From positions 8,814 through 72,813 of the IMG/VR virus record IMGVR_UViG_3300042470_001171: DNA of 64,000 nucleotides; one strand, given 5' to 3'. The notes below the pieces were generated by a model. The model was not told where the DNA came from. It did no database searches and worked only from the letters and a program-made list of their open reading frames with translations. Position numbers and translations under genes: made by a program. Shown here one piece after another: positions 1 to 8,542 of this stretch (position 1 is the first letter of the stretch; each line of letters begins with the position of its first letter). The DNA comes from a virus. Taxonomy: Duplodnaviria; Caudoviricetes.

Positions 1-11
1 AAGTGGCCTGG

Positions 12-218
12 TTAGTCTCCCCCCAGGGTGTTAAACGTGATCCGCTGGATGTCGCGGATCTTGACTTGGTTAGGCGATAGGGCGTGGATCTGGGCTATTT
101 GCAGCTGTGCAGCCGCCACAGCCATGCGAATATCTCCGCTAGCGATCTGGACAGTCGAACTGCCCTCCATCACCCCGCTTGCGTAAGCTTTCTGCCATTT
201 AAAAACATAAGTCGCCAT
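12..218 (-). CDS. Hypothetical phage protein
   Basis: 68-aa ORF in the leftward early operon. Confidence 0.5.
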   Translation of the reverse strand: MATYVFKWQKAYASGVMEGSSTVQIASGDIRMAVAAAQLQIAQIHALSPNQVKIRDIQRITFNTLGGD

Positions 219-365
219 ATCAATAAACCTCGTCTAGTTGTTGCTGTAGGGTCTCCTGCCAGCCCTGTTGCTGGCTTTGCTGTGCTTCCTGGCCTTGCTG
301 CTGCTGTTGCCGTAGTTCCCGGCGTAGCTCGGCGGCCAGGGTATCGGCCAAAGACTTGCGTCGCT

Positions 366-572
366 TCATGGCTCTTCCTCCAGCCGGGCTTGGTTCACCT
401 TGGCCATTTCAGCAAACAGGGCAGCGGCTAAGTCACCCTGGAGGGCGTTGATACTGTTGTGCATCACGTTAGCCTCATCCATGGCGGACTCCAGTTCACC
501 CCGCCAGTAGGCCAAGTAGGCCAGCAGGCAGGCTAAGATCTCGGTGCGGGTAGGGTCAATGGGTAAGTTCAT
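366..572 (-). CDS. Hypothetical phage protein
   Basis: 68-aa ORF tightly packed in the leftward operon. Confidence 0.55.
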   Translation of the reverse strand: MNLPIDPTRTEILACLLAYLAYWRGELESAMDEANVMHNSINALQGDLAAALFAEMAKVNQARLEEEP

Positions 573-753
573 GGTTATATCCCCAAAGATGGTAGGTTTC
601 GGATCTGGGCTAGCACTAGCTCTAGTTCCTGCTGTGCATCCCCGTCTTCAGGGTGCCTAGCAATGATCTGGCGCATGTGGCTAGCTCTGGTATGCAGAAA
701 AATGGATAGCTGCCCGGCCAGGCAGGGGCGTAGCCGGGCGGTGGTGGCGGCCA

Positions 754-1389
754 TTACTTTGAGCGGATCATTTGCTCTAGCTGGTCGCATTGCTCCGGCG
801 TAAGCTGGTTGGGCGAAGTTGCGCCGAAGGTAGCCAGCATGGCTATCACTTCCTCGCGGCTAACGCCAAGGCTTTCCCGTATGTCCTGGATGCGTCGGTT
901 TTGGTCCAGGGCGGCACCAGGGATAGTGTCAGCTTCGGTTTCGTCGAGCATCCCTAGCCCGCAGATCGACAGGGTAACCCGGCGCTTAGCTTTGGTCTCT
1001 GCCTTCATCAAGGCATTGGCCAACGCCTCACCAGAGAGGCCTTTGATGGGCACCACGCCGGTAGACTCATCTCGGCGGCCATAGGCGTTGGTGGCCCTAG
1101 CTAACACCACATAGCAGTCATCTACACGGGTACGCTCCACCAGCTCCACCGAAATGCCGTGGATGCTACGCAGTTGGTCGGTGGCGTCTTTCCGTGCGTA
1201 CAAGGTTAGGCGGCCAGACAGTTTCAGATACTCGAAGGGCCTAGACAATGGGTTTAGGCCAACACTGCTACACAGAGCATTGTAATAGTTCATTCGCTCT
1301 GCTGGCGATAGTGCGGCCAAGTCCCCGTGGACTAGCACCTTTTCGAGGGTCTGGGCCTGGGCTTGAGGCTGGGCAATAATGTCAGTCAT
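754..1389 (-). CDS. Single-strand annealing recombinase (RecT/Red-beta-like)
   Basis: GLNPL motif and C-terminal MKAETKAKRRVTLSICGLGMLDETE, typical of phage Bet/RecT-like SSAPs. Confidence 0.75.
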   Translation of the reverse strand: MTDIIAQPQAQAQTLEKVLVHGDLAALSPAERMNYYNALCSSVGLNPLSRPFEYLKLSGRLTLYARKDATDQLRSIHGISVELVERTRVDDCYVVLARATNAYGRRDESTGVVPIKGLSGEALANALMKAETKAKRRVTLSICGLGMLDETEADTIPGAALDQNRRIQDIRESLGVSREEVIAMLATFGATSPNQLTPEQCDQLEQMIRSK

Positions 1390-1428
1390 GGGTGGTTCTC
1401 CTAAGGGGCCCGGAGGCCCCAGCGTGGT

Positions 1429-1710
1429 TTAGAATTCGTCGTCAGCAAACGCTTCGGCCCGGACATCGGCGGGACACGATACGTCGCCCACCCTGGCCCC
1501 AGGGACTTCATCGGCGAAGATACCGGCTAGCTGAGTGGCTAGGAACACTTCACCACGGCCAGGAATGACCCGGACATGAAGGTTAAACCATTCCCCGGAA
1601 GGGTAGATGACCTGGGCGACGTAAATTTTCACTCGGGGATCGTCGCTGATCGGCTCTTGGACTAGATCCAGCGCGGTGGGCTCGTAGCGTTCGATGGTAG
1701 TGGGATACAT
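1429..1710 (-). CDS. Hypothetical protein
   Basis: 93-aa ORF preceded by the recurrent CCACTTACAGAG leader motif. Confidence 0.65.
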   Translation of the reverse strand: MYPTTIERYEPTALDLVQEPISDDPRVKIYVAQVIYPSGEWFNLHVRVIPGRGEVFLATQLAGIFADEVPGARVGDVSCPADVRAEAFADDEF

Positions 1711-1781
1711 GGTGGTTCTCTGTAAGTGGTGTGGATGTGGCGGAACAGGAGGGGGCCAGCAAGTGCCAGCCCCAGGGGACT

Positions 1782-2090
1782 CTAGCCTAGGTGGCCCGGC
1801 TGAGGGGGACGGCCACCAGGGAACTGGTTCCGCTTGTCAGACTCAGCGCTAGCCACTACAGCGGTGCTGCGGCGGTTCGTGCAGGTGCCGTTCATGCACC
1901 GGGGGAATTGATCTCGGCTGGACTTGCTGAGTTGCTGGCTACCTTCCCGAGCACAGTCGGGATCCGAGCTGTAGCGCTCAGTCGGACAGTGCCCGTCACC
2001 ACGCAGTGCCACGGTGCTAGAGGCCAGAGAGGCGCCAGCGGGCAGGAACAGAGCAGCGGCCAGGACGGTTGCGGGGAAATGAAGTAACAT
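1782..2090 (-). CDS. Small secreted protein with signal peptide
   Basis: Hydrophobic N-terminus (VLAAALFLPAGASLA), two Cys pairs, repeated R(D/N)QFP; CCACTTAC motif upstream. Confidence 0.6.
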   Translation of the reverse strand: MLLHFPATVLAAALFLPAGASLASSTVALRGDGHCPTERYSSDPDCAREGSQQLSKSSRDQFPRCMNGTCTNRRSTAVVASAESDKRNQFPGGRPPQPGHLG

Positions 2091-2371
2091 TAGGGAAGAT
2101 CCTTTGTAAGTGGATTTAACTTAAGGGGCGAGTCGTTGGCGCGACGGACCCCTTTTCTCTGGGGTGACAGAACCCGGCTATTAGCTAGCGGTTGTTGGTT
2201 GCTGTCGATATTTCAATAGTAGGGCCTGGGCTTGGCATCTGTCAACTCATTAATAGCAATATTCTAATAGCTATCGCTTATAGGTATCCCAAGAAAGCAT
2301 CAGGTATTGTGCTACCCTGTTTTGGGAGATCTACGCGATAATTGGGAATGTCCAGCCAAGAGGAGATAACT

Positions 2372-2575
2372 ATGAAATCCCTAAGGGTGGCCTCCGGCCT
2401 CACTCAGGAGCAATTGGCGCGGAAGTTAGATATTTCCGTGTCTACCGTTCGCAATTGGGACGCTGGCAGATCGTTCCCTCACCTAAGCCCTGCAGCCATG
2501 GAAGCGCTAGCAGCAGCCCTGGGAACTGATCTGACGACTCTGGCAGCCGCCGAGCGAGCCCAGCGCAATGGCTAG
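2372..2575 (+). CDS. Cro/XRE-family HTH regulator
   Basis: LRVASGLTQEQLARKLDISVSTVRNWDAGRSFP; GAGGAG RBS before ATG 2372. Confidence 0.9.
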   Translation: MKSLRVASGLTQEQLARKLDISVSTVRNWDAGRSFPHLSPAAMEALAAALGTDLTTLAAAERAQRNG

Positions 2576-2626
2576 AATGGCGGTGTTTTGTTGTTTTAGA
2601 ACCCAACTAAAAGCCGCTGGCTATTT

Positions 2627-2712
2627 GCCCACAACAGTGGGCGTGTTTCGTGGGATCAAGGCTTTTCTGTGTCAAGAATGACGCATACCACCCCACCGCC
2701 GTGGGGGTTATA
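2627..2712 (+). CRISPR. Two-repeat mini-array with one full-length spacer
   Basis: GCCCAC-aaca-GTGGGC-GTGTTTC and CCCCAC-cgcc-GTGGGG-GTTATA, 64-nt period. Confidence 0.6.
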
Positions 2713-2760
2713 AAACCCAACTCTAAGCCACAATCCACACATTTACAGAGAAAAACCACT

Positions 2761-3024
2761 ATGAAAGGCTGGACATTTATTCACAACGGGAATGGCTACT
2801 GCCGTCCGGATCGGGAAGAGGTCGAAGAACTGCTTGCCGATCTAATCGAGAAAGACAAATTCTTTAAAAGGGAGTCAAAGTTTTCCTACTGCGCCCCTGA
2901 CGGCAGTCCTATCCAGTACGCCCAGGTGACGGTAGAGGAAGGCCACCTGATCAGCTACAAGGCAATTAAGCCACCCACCTCAAGAACCCAACTAAAAGCC
3001 ACCAGCCATCAGCCACACACTTAA
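2761..3024 (+). CDS. Hypothetical protein
   Basis: ATG 2761 after a CACATTTACAGAG leader motif. Confidence 0.55.
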   Translation: MKGWTFIHNGNGYCRPDREEVEELLADLIEKDKFFKRESKFSYCAPDGSPIQYAQVTVEEGHLISYKAIKPPTSRTQLKATSHQPHT

Positions 3025-3035
3025 AGACAACCGCC

Positions 3036-3635
3036 ATGCTGGCCAGACAACCCCTCGACTTCTATCCCACCCCCGGCCTGCTCACCTGGGCCTTGCTGGA
3101 TAGCCATCGCTTTGTCCCCTGGCGCAACCAGGCCACCGTGCTGGAGCCCTGCAATGGCGAGGGTGCGATCAGCGATGTGCTGAAAGAATCTGGCTTGTTC
3201 CGCCTGGTGGATACCGCCGACATTGATCCGGCCAAGACCAAGCCAGCAACCGCCATCGGTGCCACCAGCTTCACCATGGACGCCACCGATCCGCAAGCCT
3301 GGGCCCGGATGGCCCGCTACGACTGGGTGATCACGAACCCGCCCTACAACCAAGCCCCGGCGATCTTGCCATTGGCCTACGACAACTGCCGGGTGGGCAT
3401 GGCCATGTTGTTGCGCCTCAGTTACCTGGAGCCCTGCAACAACCGGGCCCGCTGGCTGGCAGAACACCCGCCGGCCAAGCTGATCGTCTTTAACCCCCGG
3501 CCACGGTTCCGGGCGGATACAGTCGGCAGCGACTCGGTGACTAGCGCCTGGTTTATCTGGCACCGCTTCGGCAATAGCCAAGGGACTGAGCTTGAATTTT
3601 GTACTAACTGGAGAAACCATGGAACTGACAATTGA
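3036..3635 (+). CDS. DNA amino-methyltransferase (probably N6-adenine)
   Basis: DFYPTP, VLEPCNGEG SAM-binding motif, ITNPPY catalytic motif. Confidence 0.85.
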   Translation: MLARQPLDFYPTPGLLTWALLDSHRFVPWRNQATVLEPCNGEGAISDVLKESGLFRLVDTADIDPAKTKPATAIGATSFTMDATDPQAWARMARYDWVITNPPYNQAPAILPLAYDNCRVGMAMLLRLSYLEPCNNRARWLAEHPPAKLIVFNPRPRFRADTVGSDSVTSAWFIWHRFGNSQGTELEFCTNWRNHGTDN

Positions 3636-4752
3636 CGCCAAAGGCCTAGCCGCTGTCCTGGCCCTGCCTAACCGGGCGGTGCCAAACAGGCCCAGCAACC
3701 CTGTACTAACTAACCTGCTGCTCAATGCTGAGGGGGATACCCTGGCGGTGACAGGCAGTGACCTGGGAGCGGTGACCATCACCGCCAAGGCCAAGGCCAG
3801 CATTGCCGTAGAGGGCGAGATCCTGCTACCGGCCAAGCTACTCACCGATATGGTGGGGCGGATGGACGGGAACCTAGCGCTTAACTGGGATCCAGAAACC
3901 AGCCAGGCCACCATCAGCACTCTGGGAGGCAAGTATTCCCTATCCGGCCAGCCCGGGGAGGACTACCCGCTGATCGAGCGGGCAGAGGGCCAGCAGCTAA
4001 CCATGGAGGCCAGCACCTTGGCCAGGGCACTAGAGTCCACGCTAGTCACCGCTAGCGATGACGAGAGTAAGCAGATCCTTTGTGGCGTTCACCTGCAACC
4101 CGTTGCCGATGGCCTCGAGGTTGCCTCCACCGATGGCCATCGCCTCAGCGTGTTCCCCGTGGCCCAGGAGGGCATTGAAGCATTTACCCCTGTCACACTG
4201 CCTAGCAAAGGCCTGAAGGCCCTGAGTGGGCACCTGGGCAAGGCTGAGGGGATGGTGACGGTAACGCTAGACAACACCATCGCCACCTTTGACCTGGGTG
4301 GCCTGGTATTTACCACCCGGCTACTGGAGGGCCAGTATCCAGAGTACCGCCGACTCATCCCCCAGGCCTTTGTAGTGGAGACCCTGATCAACCGGCAAGC
4401 CTGGATCGATGCCCTGAGCCGGATCATGGTGGTGGCTAGCCAAAAGCAAGGCATCATCAGGCACCAGTGGAATGACCAGGGACAGCTAGTGCTAGAAGCT
4501 GACGTACAAGGCTCTAGCGGGCGGGAGCTGGTTGACTGTGAGGCCAGCGAAGGCCAGGGTGAGGACGTGCTGGGCAAAGCTAAGAATCCCATGGCCTTTA
4601 ACGGCGACTACCTGCTGGATGGCCTCAAGGCCTTCGGCAGCGAGCAGGTGATCCTGCACACCAACACCCCGACCAGCCCAGCCACGATCACCGCCCCCGG
4701 CAGCAGCCAGGTGTACCTGGTGATGCCAGTACAAATCAGGGACCAGATTTAG
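3619..4752 (+). CDS. dnaN: DNA polymerase III beta sliding clamp
   Basis: GSDL, EDYP, STDGHRL, RLLEGQYPEYRRLIP, AFNGDYLLDGL, YLVMPVQ. Confidence 0.95.
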   Translation: MELTIDAKGLAAVLALPNRAVPNRPSNPVLTNLLLNAEGDTLAVTGSDLGAVTITAKAKASIAVEGEILLPAKLLTDMVGRMDGNLALNWDPETSQATISTLGGKYSLSGQPGEDYPLIERAEGQQLTMEASTLARALESTLVTASDDESKQILCGVHLQPVADGLEVASTDGHRLSVFPVAQEGIEAFTPVTLPSKGLKALSGHLGKAEGMVTVTLDNTIATFDLGGLVFTTRLLEGQYPEYRRLIPQAFVVETLINRQAWIDALSRIMVVASQKQGIIRHQWNDQGQLVLEADVQGSSGRELVDCEASEGQGEDVLGKAKNPMAFNGDYLLDGLKAFGSEQVILHTNTPTSPATITAPGSSQVYLVMPVQIRDQI

Positions 4753-4780
4753 ACCACACACTTACAGAGGAGACAAGACC

Positions 4781-5170
4781 ATGGAACGCTTTACTTTTGC
4801 CGACTGCACCATCCAGGGCAGGCTGATCCGAGACCCCGAACTGCACACAACACCGTCTGGCAGCGCCCGTTGCCAGACCGCTATCAATTGGTACAGCGGC
4901 AAGCACGCCAATGGCGAACCGTACTACAGCCTAATCGACGTAACGATCTGGAAGGAAGCAGGCATGGACGCTGTTGACAACTTACGCAAGGGCGACCGTG
5001 TGAAAATGGTCGGCTCACTGAAACGAGAACAATGGCAGGACAAAAATACTGGCGGCAACCGCTCTAAGCATGTGCTGCACGTTTGGGATGCAGTCGAGCT
5101 GATCGAGCGCCCCAACCAGGACCAGCCAGCCCAGCCCAGCCAGCCCACCTACGAGGACATCCCCTTCTAA
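4781..5170 (+). CDS. ssb: Single-stranded DNA-binding protein
   Basis: GRLIRDPEL, LRKGDRV, EQWQDK, acidic EDIPF tail. Confidence 0.92.
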   Translation: MERFTFADCTIQGRLIRDPELHTTPSGSARCQTAINWYSGKHANGEPYYSLIDVTIWKEAGMDAVDNLRKGDRVKMVGSLKREQWQDKNTGGNRSKHVLHVWDAVELIERPNQDQPAQPSQPTYEDIPF

Positions 5171-5364
5171 TGAGCAGACTATCTTTACGCCCCGGCTACT
5201 CCGTATCGTTCCGCGTCACCAAAGATAAGCCATGGATGGCGGCTACCGTACAATCCGTGGTAGGCAGTACAGTCTGGATCCGGCTAAATGCCGATATTGA
5301 CGGGCTCATCAGCCTGAACCTGGACGACCCAGCCGACTTGGACTGCATTGGCACGCCGTTCTAG
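5170..5364 (+). CDS. Hypothetical protein
   Basis: ATG overlaps the ssb stop (TAATG). Confidence 0.55.
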   Translation: MSRLSLRPGYSVSFRVTKDKPWMAATVQSVVGSTVWIRLNADIDGLISLNLDDPADLDCIGTPF

Positions 5365-5377
5365 ATGAGACGACAGA

Positions 5378-5400
5378 TCCCACCACCGTGGGAGTGCCTA
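5378..5400 (+). repeat. Solitary CRISPR-repeat-like hairpin
   Basis: TCCCAC-cacc-GTGGGA-GTGCC at the operon 3' end, before a terminator. Confidence 0.5.
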
Positions 5401-5508
5401 CGGGCACGTTTGAGAGTTAAAAACCCCGGCATAAGCTGGGGTTTTTATTGCCAGTTATTGACTGAGTTATTGATCATTCCGATCAATTCTTGGCCTGTGC
5501 CAGCTACT

Positions 5509-5596
5509 GTGCCACTAATTTACCTGGGGTATATTGACAAGCCCGATATAGTGGGGGTATATTAGAGACATGGAACGAACCACTTACACCGAGGAC
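5509..5596 (+). promoter_or_regulatory. Sigma70-type promoter cassette (copy 1)
   Basis: GTGCCACTAAT...GGGGTATA-TTGACA(5534)-18bp-TATATT(5558), then ACCACTTACACCGAGGA. Confidence 0.8.
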
Positions 5597-5602
5597 CGAC
5601 TG

Positions 5603-5785
5603 ATGACCACCTTCACCACCACCCCTGCCGCTACCCCCACCTTTCGGAACGCCGCCCGCTGGCTCACCCGCCAGCCCTGGCAGTCAGACCCAGCTTACTG
5701 GGTAGCCCAGGCCAAGACCCGCTACGACCTCACCAACCACCAAGTAGCCGCCCTACTCAACAACATGCAGCTACAACTAGGCTAG
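5603..5785 (+). CDS. Hypothetical protein (stand-alone cassette)
   Basis: Own promoter, GAGGA RBS and terminator. Confidence 0.6.
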   Translation: MTTFTTTPAATPTFRNAARWLTRQPWQSDPAYWVAQAKTRYDLTNHQVAALLNNMQLQLG

Positions 5786-5808
5786 GCCACCGCCACCCTA
5801 CACTCCAG

Positions 5809-5832
5809 CCCCTCCCCCCGGAGGGGTTTTTT
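5809..5832 (+). terminator. Rho-independent terminator
   Basis: CCCCTCC-cccc-GGAGGGG followed by T6. Confidence 0.75.
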
Positions 5833-5847
5833 ATTGTGACAGTGGTT

Positions 5848-5903
5848 GTGCCACTAATTTACCTGGGGTATATTGACAAGCCCTATATACCCCCTGTATA
5901 TTG
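5848..5903 (+). promoter_or_regulatory. Sigma70-type promoter cassette (copy 2)
   Basis: Same upstream block; TTGACA(5873)-18bp-TATATT(5897). Confidence 0.8.
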
Positions 5904-5993
5904 AGAACATACAAAGCAACCCACCCCGGATGGCTGGAACACCAGAAACGCTAGCCCAGGCAGGGGAGGGAGAATACACAAAAGGAGACCACT

Positions 5994-6215
5994 ATGATTA
6001 AGTTCGAGCGCAAGAGCAACGGATCCCGTGAAGCCAAACTAAACATCAAAGGTCTTAACGCTTTTGCTAAAGCGGTAGAGCTTCAAAAGCTTGAGCGCCA
6101 AGGCTACACCGTTATGCCTTACAGATACGAAACCGACTCCAAAGGGTTTTTCACCAAGACAGTTTGGCTATACCGGGCTCACTGCGAAAACCGCACCATC
6201 TGGATCCACGCCTAA
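5994..6215 (+). CDS. Hypothetical protein (stand-alone cassette)
   Basis: AAGGAG RBS, own promoter, terminator at about 6224-6245. Confidence 0.7.
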   Translation: MIKFERKSNGSREAKLNIKGLNAFAKAVELQKLERQGYTVMPYRYETDSKGFFTKTVWLYRAHCENRTIWIHA

Positions 6216-6260
6216 CCACCCTGCCACCCGGCGGGGTGGTTTTTTATTGTGACAGTCATT

Positions 6261-6316
6261 GTGCCACTAATTAGCCCGGGGTATATTGACAACCCCAATA
6301 TAGGGGGGGTATATTA
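6261..6316 (+). promoter_or_regulatory. Sigma70-type promoter cassette (copy 3)
   Basis: TTGACA(6286)-18bp-TATATT(6310). Confidence 0.8.
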
Positions 6317-6321
6317 GAGAC

Positions 6322-6512
6322 ATGGCCGAAAGGGCCGAGGGGATGCTACCCCCTAGTCAAAGCTTCCGGCGGGGGGAGATACGCAGTAACGAGATCTACA
6401 TCGGTCAGCGCTGATAGCCAGACACCGCTTAAAGATCCTGTAGGGGCCGCAAGGTTCCTAGTGCCGGAGCCCTTCGTTTAGCGGGGCTGCCCACGGTGCC
6501 CCCCAGAGGGGA
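6322..6512 (+). ncRNA. Candidate structured non-coding RNA (about 190 nt)
   Basis: Directly after a strong promoter, only an 11-codon ORF, several hairpins with GNRA-type loops and a long-range stem. Confidence 0.5.
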
Positions 6513-6524
6513 AGAACACTGGTA

Positions 6525-6938
6525 CTACAAACTACAGGGGCGGTCAATGTGGTGGACGCCAAGATCGCATCCCTTGATCCTCAATGCTGCGTACTCCCCC
6601 CGCCTCTGTGTCTGGCCTGGGAATAACGATAGCTGCACTTGCTGAGGTTCAGCGGCAGGGCGGCCAACATCCTGATTTAGCCATTCCAGATAACCTGGAT
6701 CGCTACCGCCCAGGTTAGGCCCTGGCGCTGGATGCTGGATCCCGCCAACCTTGACGATAGTGCGCTTTACCCATGGCGGATCCAGTAGGTTGCCTTCTAT
6801 GTGGTTATACCAACGCATTTCTATAGCTCGGTGACACAATGCCCGGCCACGCATAGCCGTCAAGATATCACCCGTCCTGGCCGCTTCAGTAAGTAGCGCC
6901 TGTCCCTGCTCAAAAAGACATTTAGCCTCGTCTATCAT
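6525..6938 (-). CDS. Hypothetical protein
   Basis: Start overlaps the sigma gene stop (ATGA). Confidence 0.6.
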   Translation of the reverse strand: MIDEAKCLFEQGQALLTEAARTGDILTAMRGRALCHRAIEMRWYNHIEGNLLDPPWVKRTIVKVGGIQHPAPGPNLGGSDPGYLEWLNQDVGRPAAEPQQVQLSLFPGQTQRRGEYAALRIKGCDLGVHHIDRPCSL

Positions 6939-7525
6939 TGCGCCAGCCCCCAGCAGCTCACCTCGTAGACTGGCTCTGGCTCCCAGTCTGGCTCTGGTGG
7001 TGGCCTGCTATCGGGTAGCTCCCAGCAGTCGGTTAAGCCAGCCGCTAGCGGTGCATCCAGGCTGAGGCAGTCTGGCCGTAGCAACGCATTGAGCGCCTGC
7101 GGGATCTGGTCTATCGGGATCCGGGTAGCGCTGGCCATGGCGGCATGGCTGGCCCGCTCGTCATAGAGCTGGCGTAGCAGGGTGAACCGGTCTGACCAGC
7201 TACGCGGTATCTTCAGCGTCACCGCCCGGTCCCGGCGATGGTGCAATATCTCACCCCGGATGTAGGGCACAGCGTAGCTACTGAAGGCGGTGCCCTTAGC
7301 TGGGTTGTAGCGGTCCACTGCCTTGATCAGGCCGATCACTCCCACCTGCACCAGATCCTCGAATACTTCCACGCCGTCCTGGGCATAGCGGCCAGCTATC
7401 TTCTCCACCAGCCCCAGGTTGATCAGGATCAGAGTGTCGCGGGTACGCTTATAGTCGGCGGCTTTTAGTTGGGTTCTAAGCCGCGCAAATAACTCTTGTG
7501 TTTGGATCCGTATTTCCCGGCTCAT
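6935..7525 (-). CDS. Alternative RNA polymerase sigma factor (SigF/SigB-like), apparently lacking region 4
   Basis: NLGLVEKIA, FEDLVQVGVIGLIKAVDRYNPAKGTAFSSYAVPYIRGEILH, LSLDAPL; ends about 35 aa later. Confidence 0.9.
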   Translation of the reverse strand: MSREIRIQTQELFARLRTQLKAADYKRTRDTLILINLGLVEKIAGRYAQDGVEVFEDLVQVGVIGLIKAVDRYNPAKGTAFSSYAVPYIRGEILHHRRDRAVTLKIPRSWSDRFTLLRQLYDERASHAAMASATRIPIDQIPQALNALLRPDCLSLDAPLAAGLTDCWELPDSRPPPEPDWEPEPVYEVSCWGLAQ

Positions 7526-7615
7526 GCCACCCCCACCAGCCGATATAGTCAGTGTTCCCCTATACTATACTGGGTAAACTGTCAAGCTGGATCCAGTTGT
7601 GGGCACCCTGAAGCC

Positions 7616-8503
7616 ATGGATACTATTACCGTCACCTCCCAGCCCTCCCAGACTGCTAGCCTTGCCCTGCAGCAGGCCAGTAGCGACGACCACCTGATCG
7701 AGATGTGGATCAGTCGTTCCCGAAGTGCTGGCACCCAGAAAGCCTACCGTCGAGCGATCACCCGGCTACGGGCTTGGCTAGCCCACCACGACTGCCACCA
7801 GCTAGCCATGGTCACAGCGGCCATGCTGATCGACTATGAGGCCACGTTCCCGAAGCGCTGGAGCGATGCTACCTGCAACCTGCACAAGGCCGCCATCAAG
7901 TCGCTGTGGAAGTTTGGCAGCTCCATTCGTTACCTGCACTTTAATGTCCCCCATGCTGTCTACCGGCTAGGCAAGCCCAGGCCAGTCATGGCGGAGCGGA
8001 TCCTAACCGAAGGCGAAATGAGGCGGGCCATTGCCAAGGAACCTAGCCTGGAGGCCCAGCTATTCCTGCGCTTCCTATTTGCTACTGGCGTTCGGGCCAG
8101 CGAGGCGCTAGCGGTGCGGTGGTGTGACCTGCACCTACGCGGCCAGCGGGTGTTCCTGGCTATCCACCACGGCAAGGGCGACAAGGCCCGCGAGATCGGA
8201 TGCTCCAAGGCTGTCTACGACGCGCTGATCCAGGCCCGGCCAGAGGATGCGCTGGACCAGGACGAAATATTCCCGGTGCCCTACCTGATCGCTTGGCAAT
8301 GGGTGAAGGTGGCCATGGCCAGGATCGGCAAGCCCCAGGCTAGCCCCCACTGGCTGCGCCATGCCCATGCTGTCACCGCAGCCGCCCATGGCTCCGACTG
8401 GTGGAGCATTGCACAGCAATTAGGCCACGCCCGGCCGTCGTTCACAATGGACCGCTACGCCCATTTTAATGGGGTGTTTAGCTCGGACTATGTGGATATT
8501 TAA
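7616..8503 (+). CDS. Tyrosine recombinase/integrase
   Basis: TGVRASE (R), GKGDK (K), HWLRH, LGHA, RY. Confidence 0.93.
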   Translation: MDTITVTSQPSQTASLALQQASSDDHLIEMWISRSRSAGTQKAYRRAITRLRAWLAHHDCHQLAMVTAAMLIDYEATFPKRWSDATCNLHKAAIKSLWKFGSSIRYLHFNVPHAVYRLGKPRPVMAERILTEGEMRRAIAKEPSLEAQLFLRFLFATGVRASEALAVRWCDLHLRGQRVFLAIHHGKGDKAREIGCSKAVYDALIQARPEDALDQDEIFPVPYLIAWQWVKVAMARIGKPQASPHWLRHAHAVTAAAHGSDWWSIAQQLGHARPSFTMDRYAHFNGVFSSDYVDI

Positions 8504-8542
8504 GCGCCTAAAACGCACAAAGCCCGGCAAAGCCAGGGCGGA

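Noticed and set aside
3021-4761. Long antisense ORFs over the MTase and dnaN genes (and similar ones elsewhere)
   Set aside because: Shadow frames of well-supported genes in GC-rich DNA
6322-6512. tRNA, hammerhead ribozyme or 16S rRNA fragment (GGCCGCAAGGTT)
   Set aside because: No cloverleaf or T-loop; CTGATAG is not the CUGANGA core; the rRNA-like match is only a 12-nt GNRA hairpin
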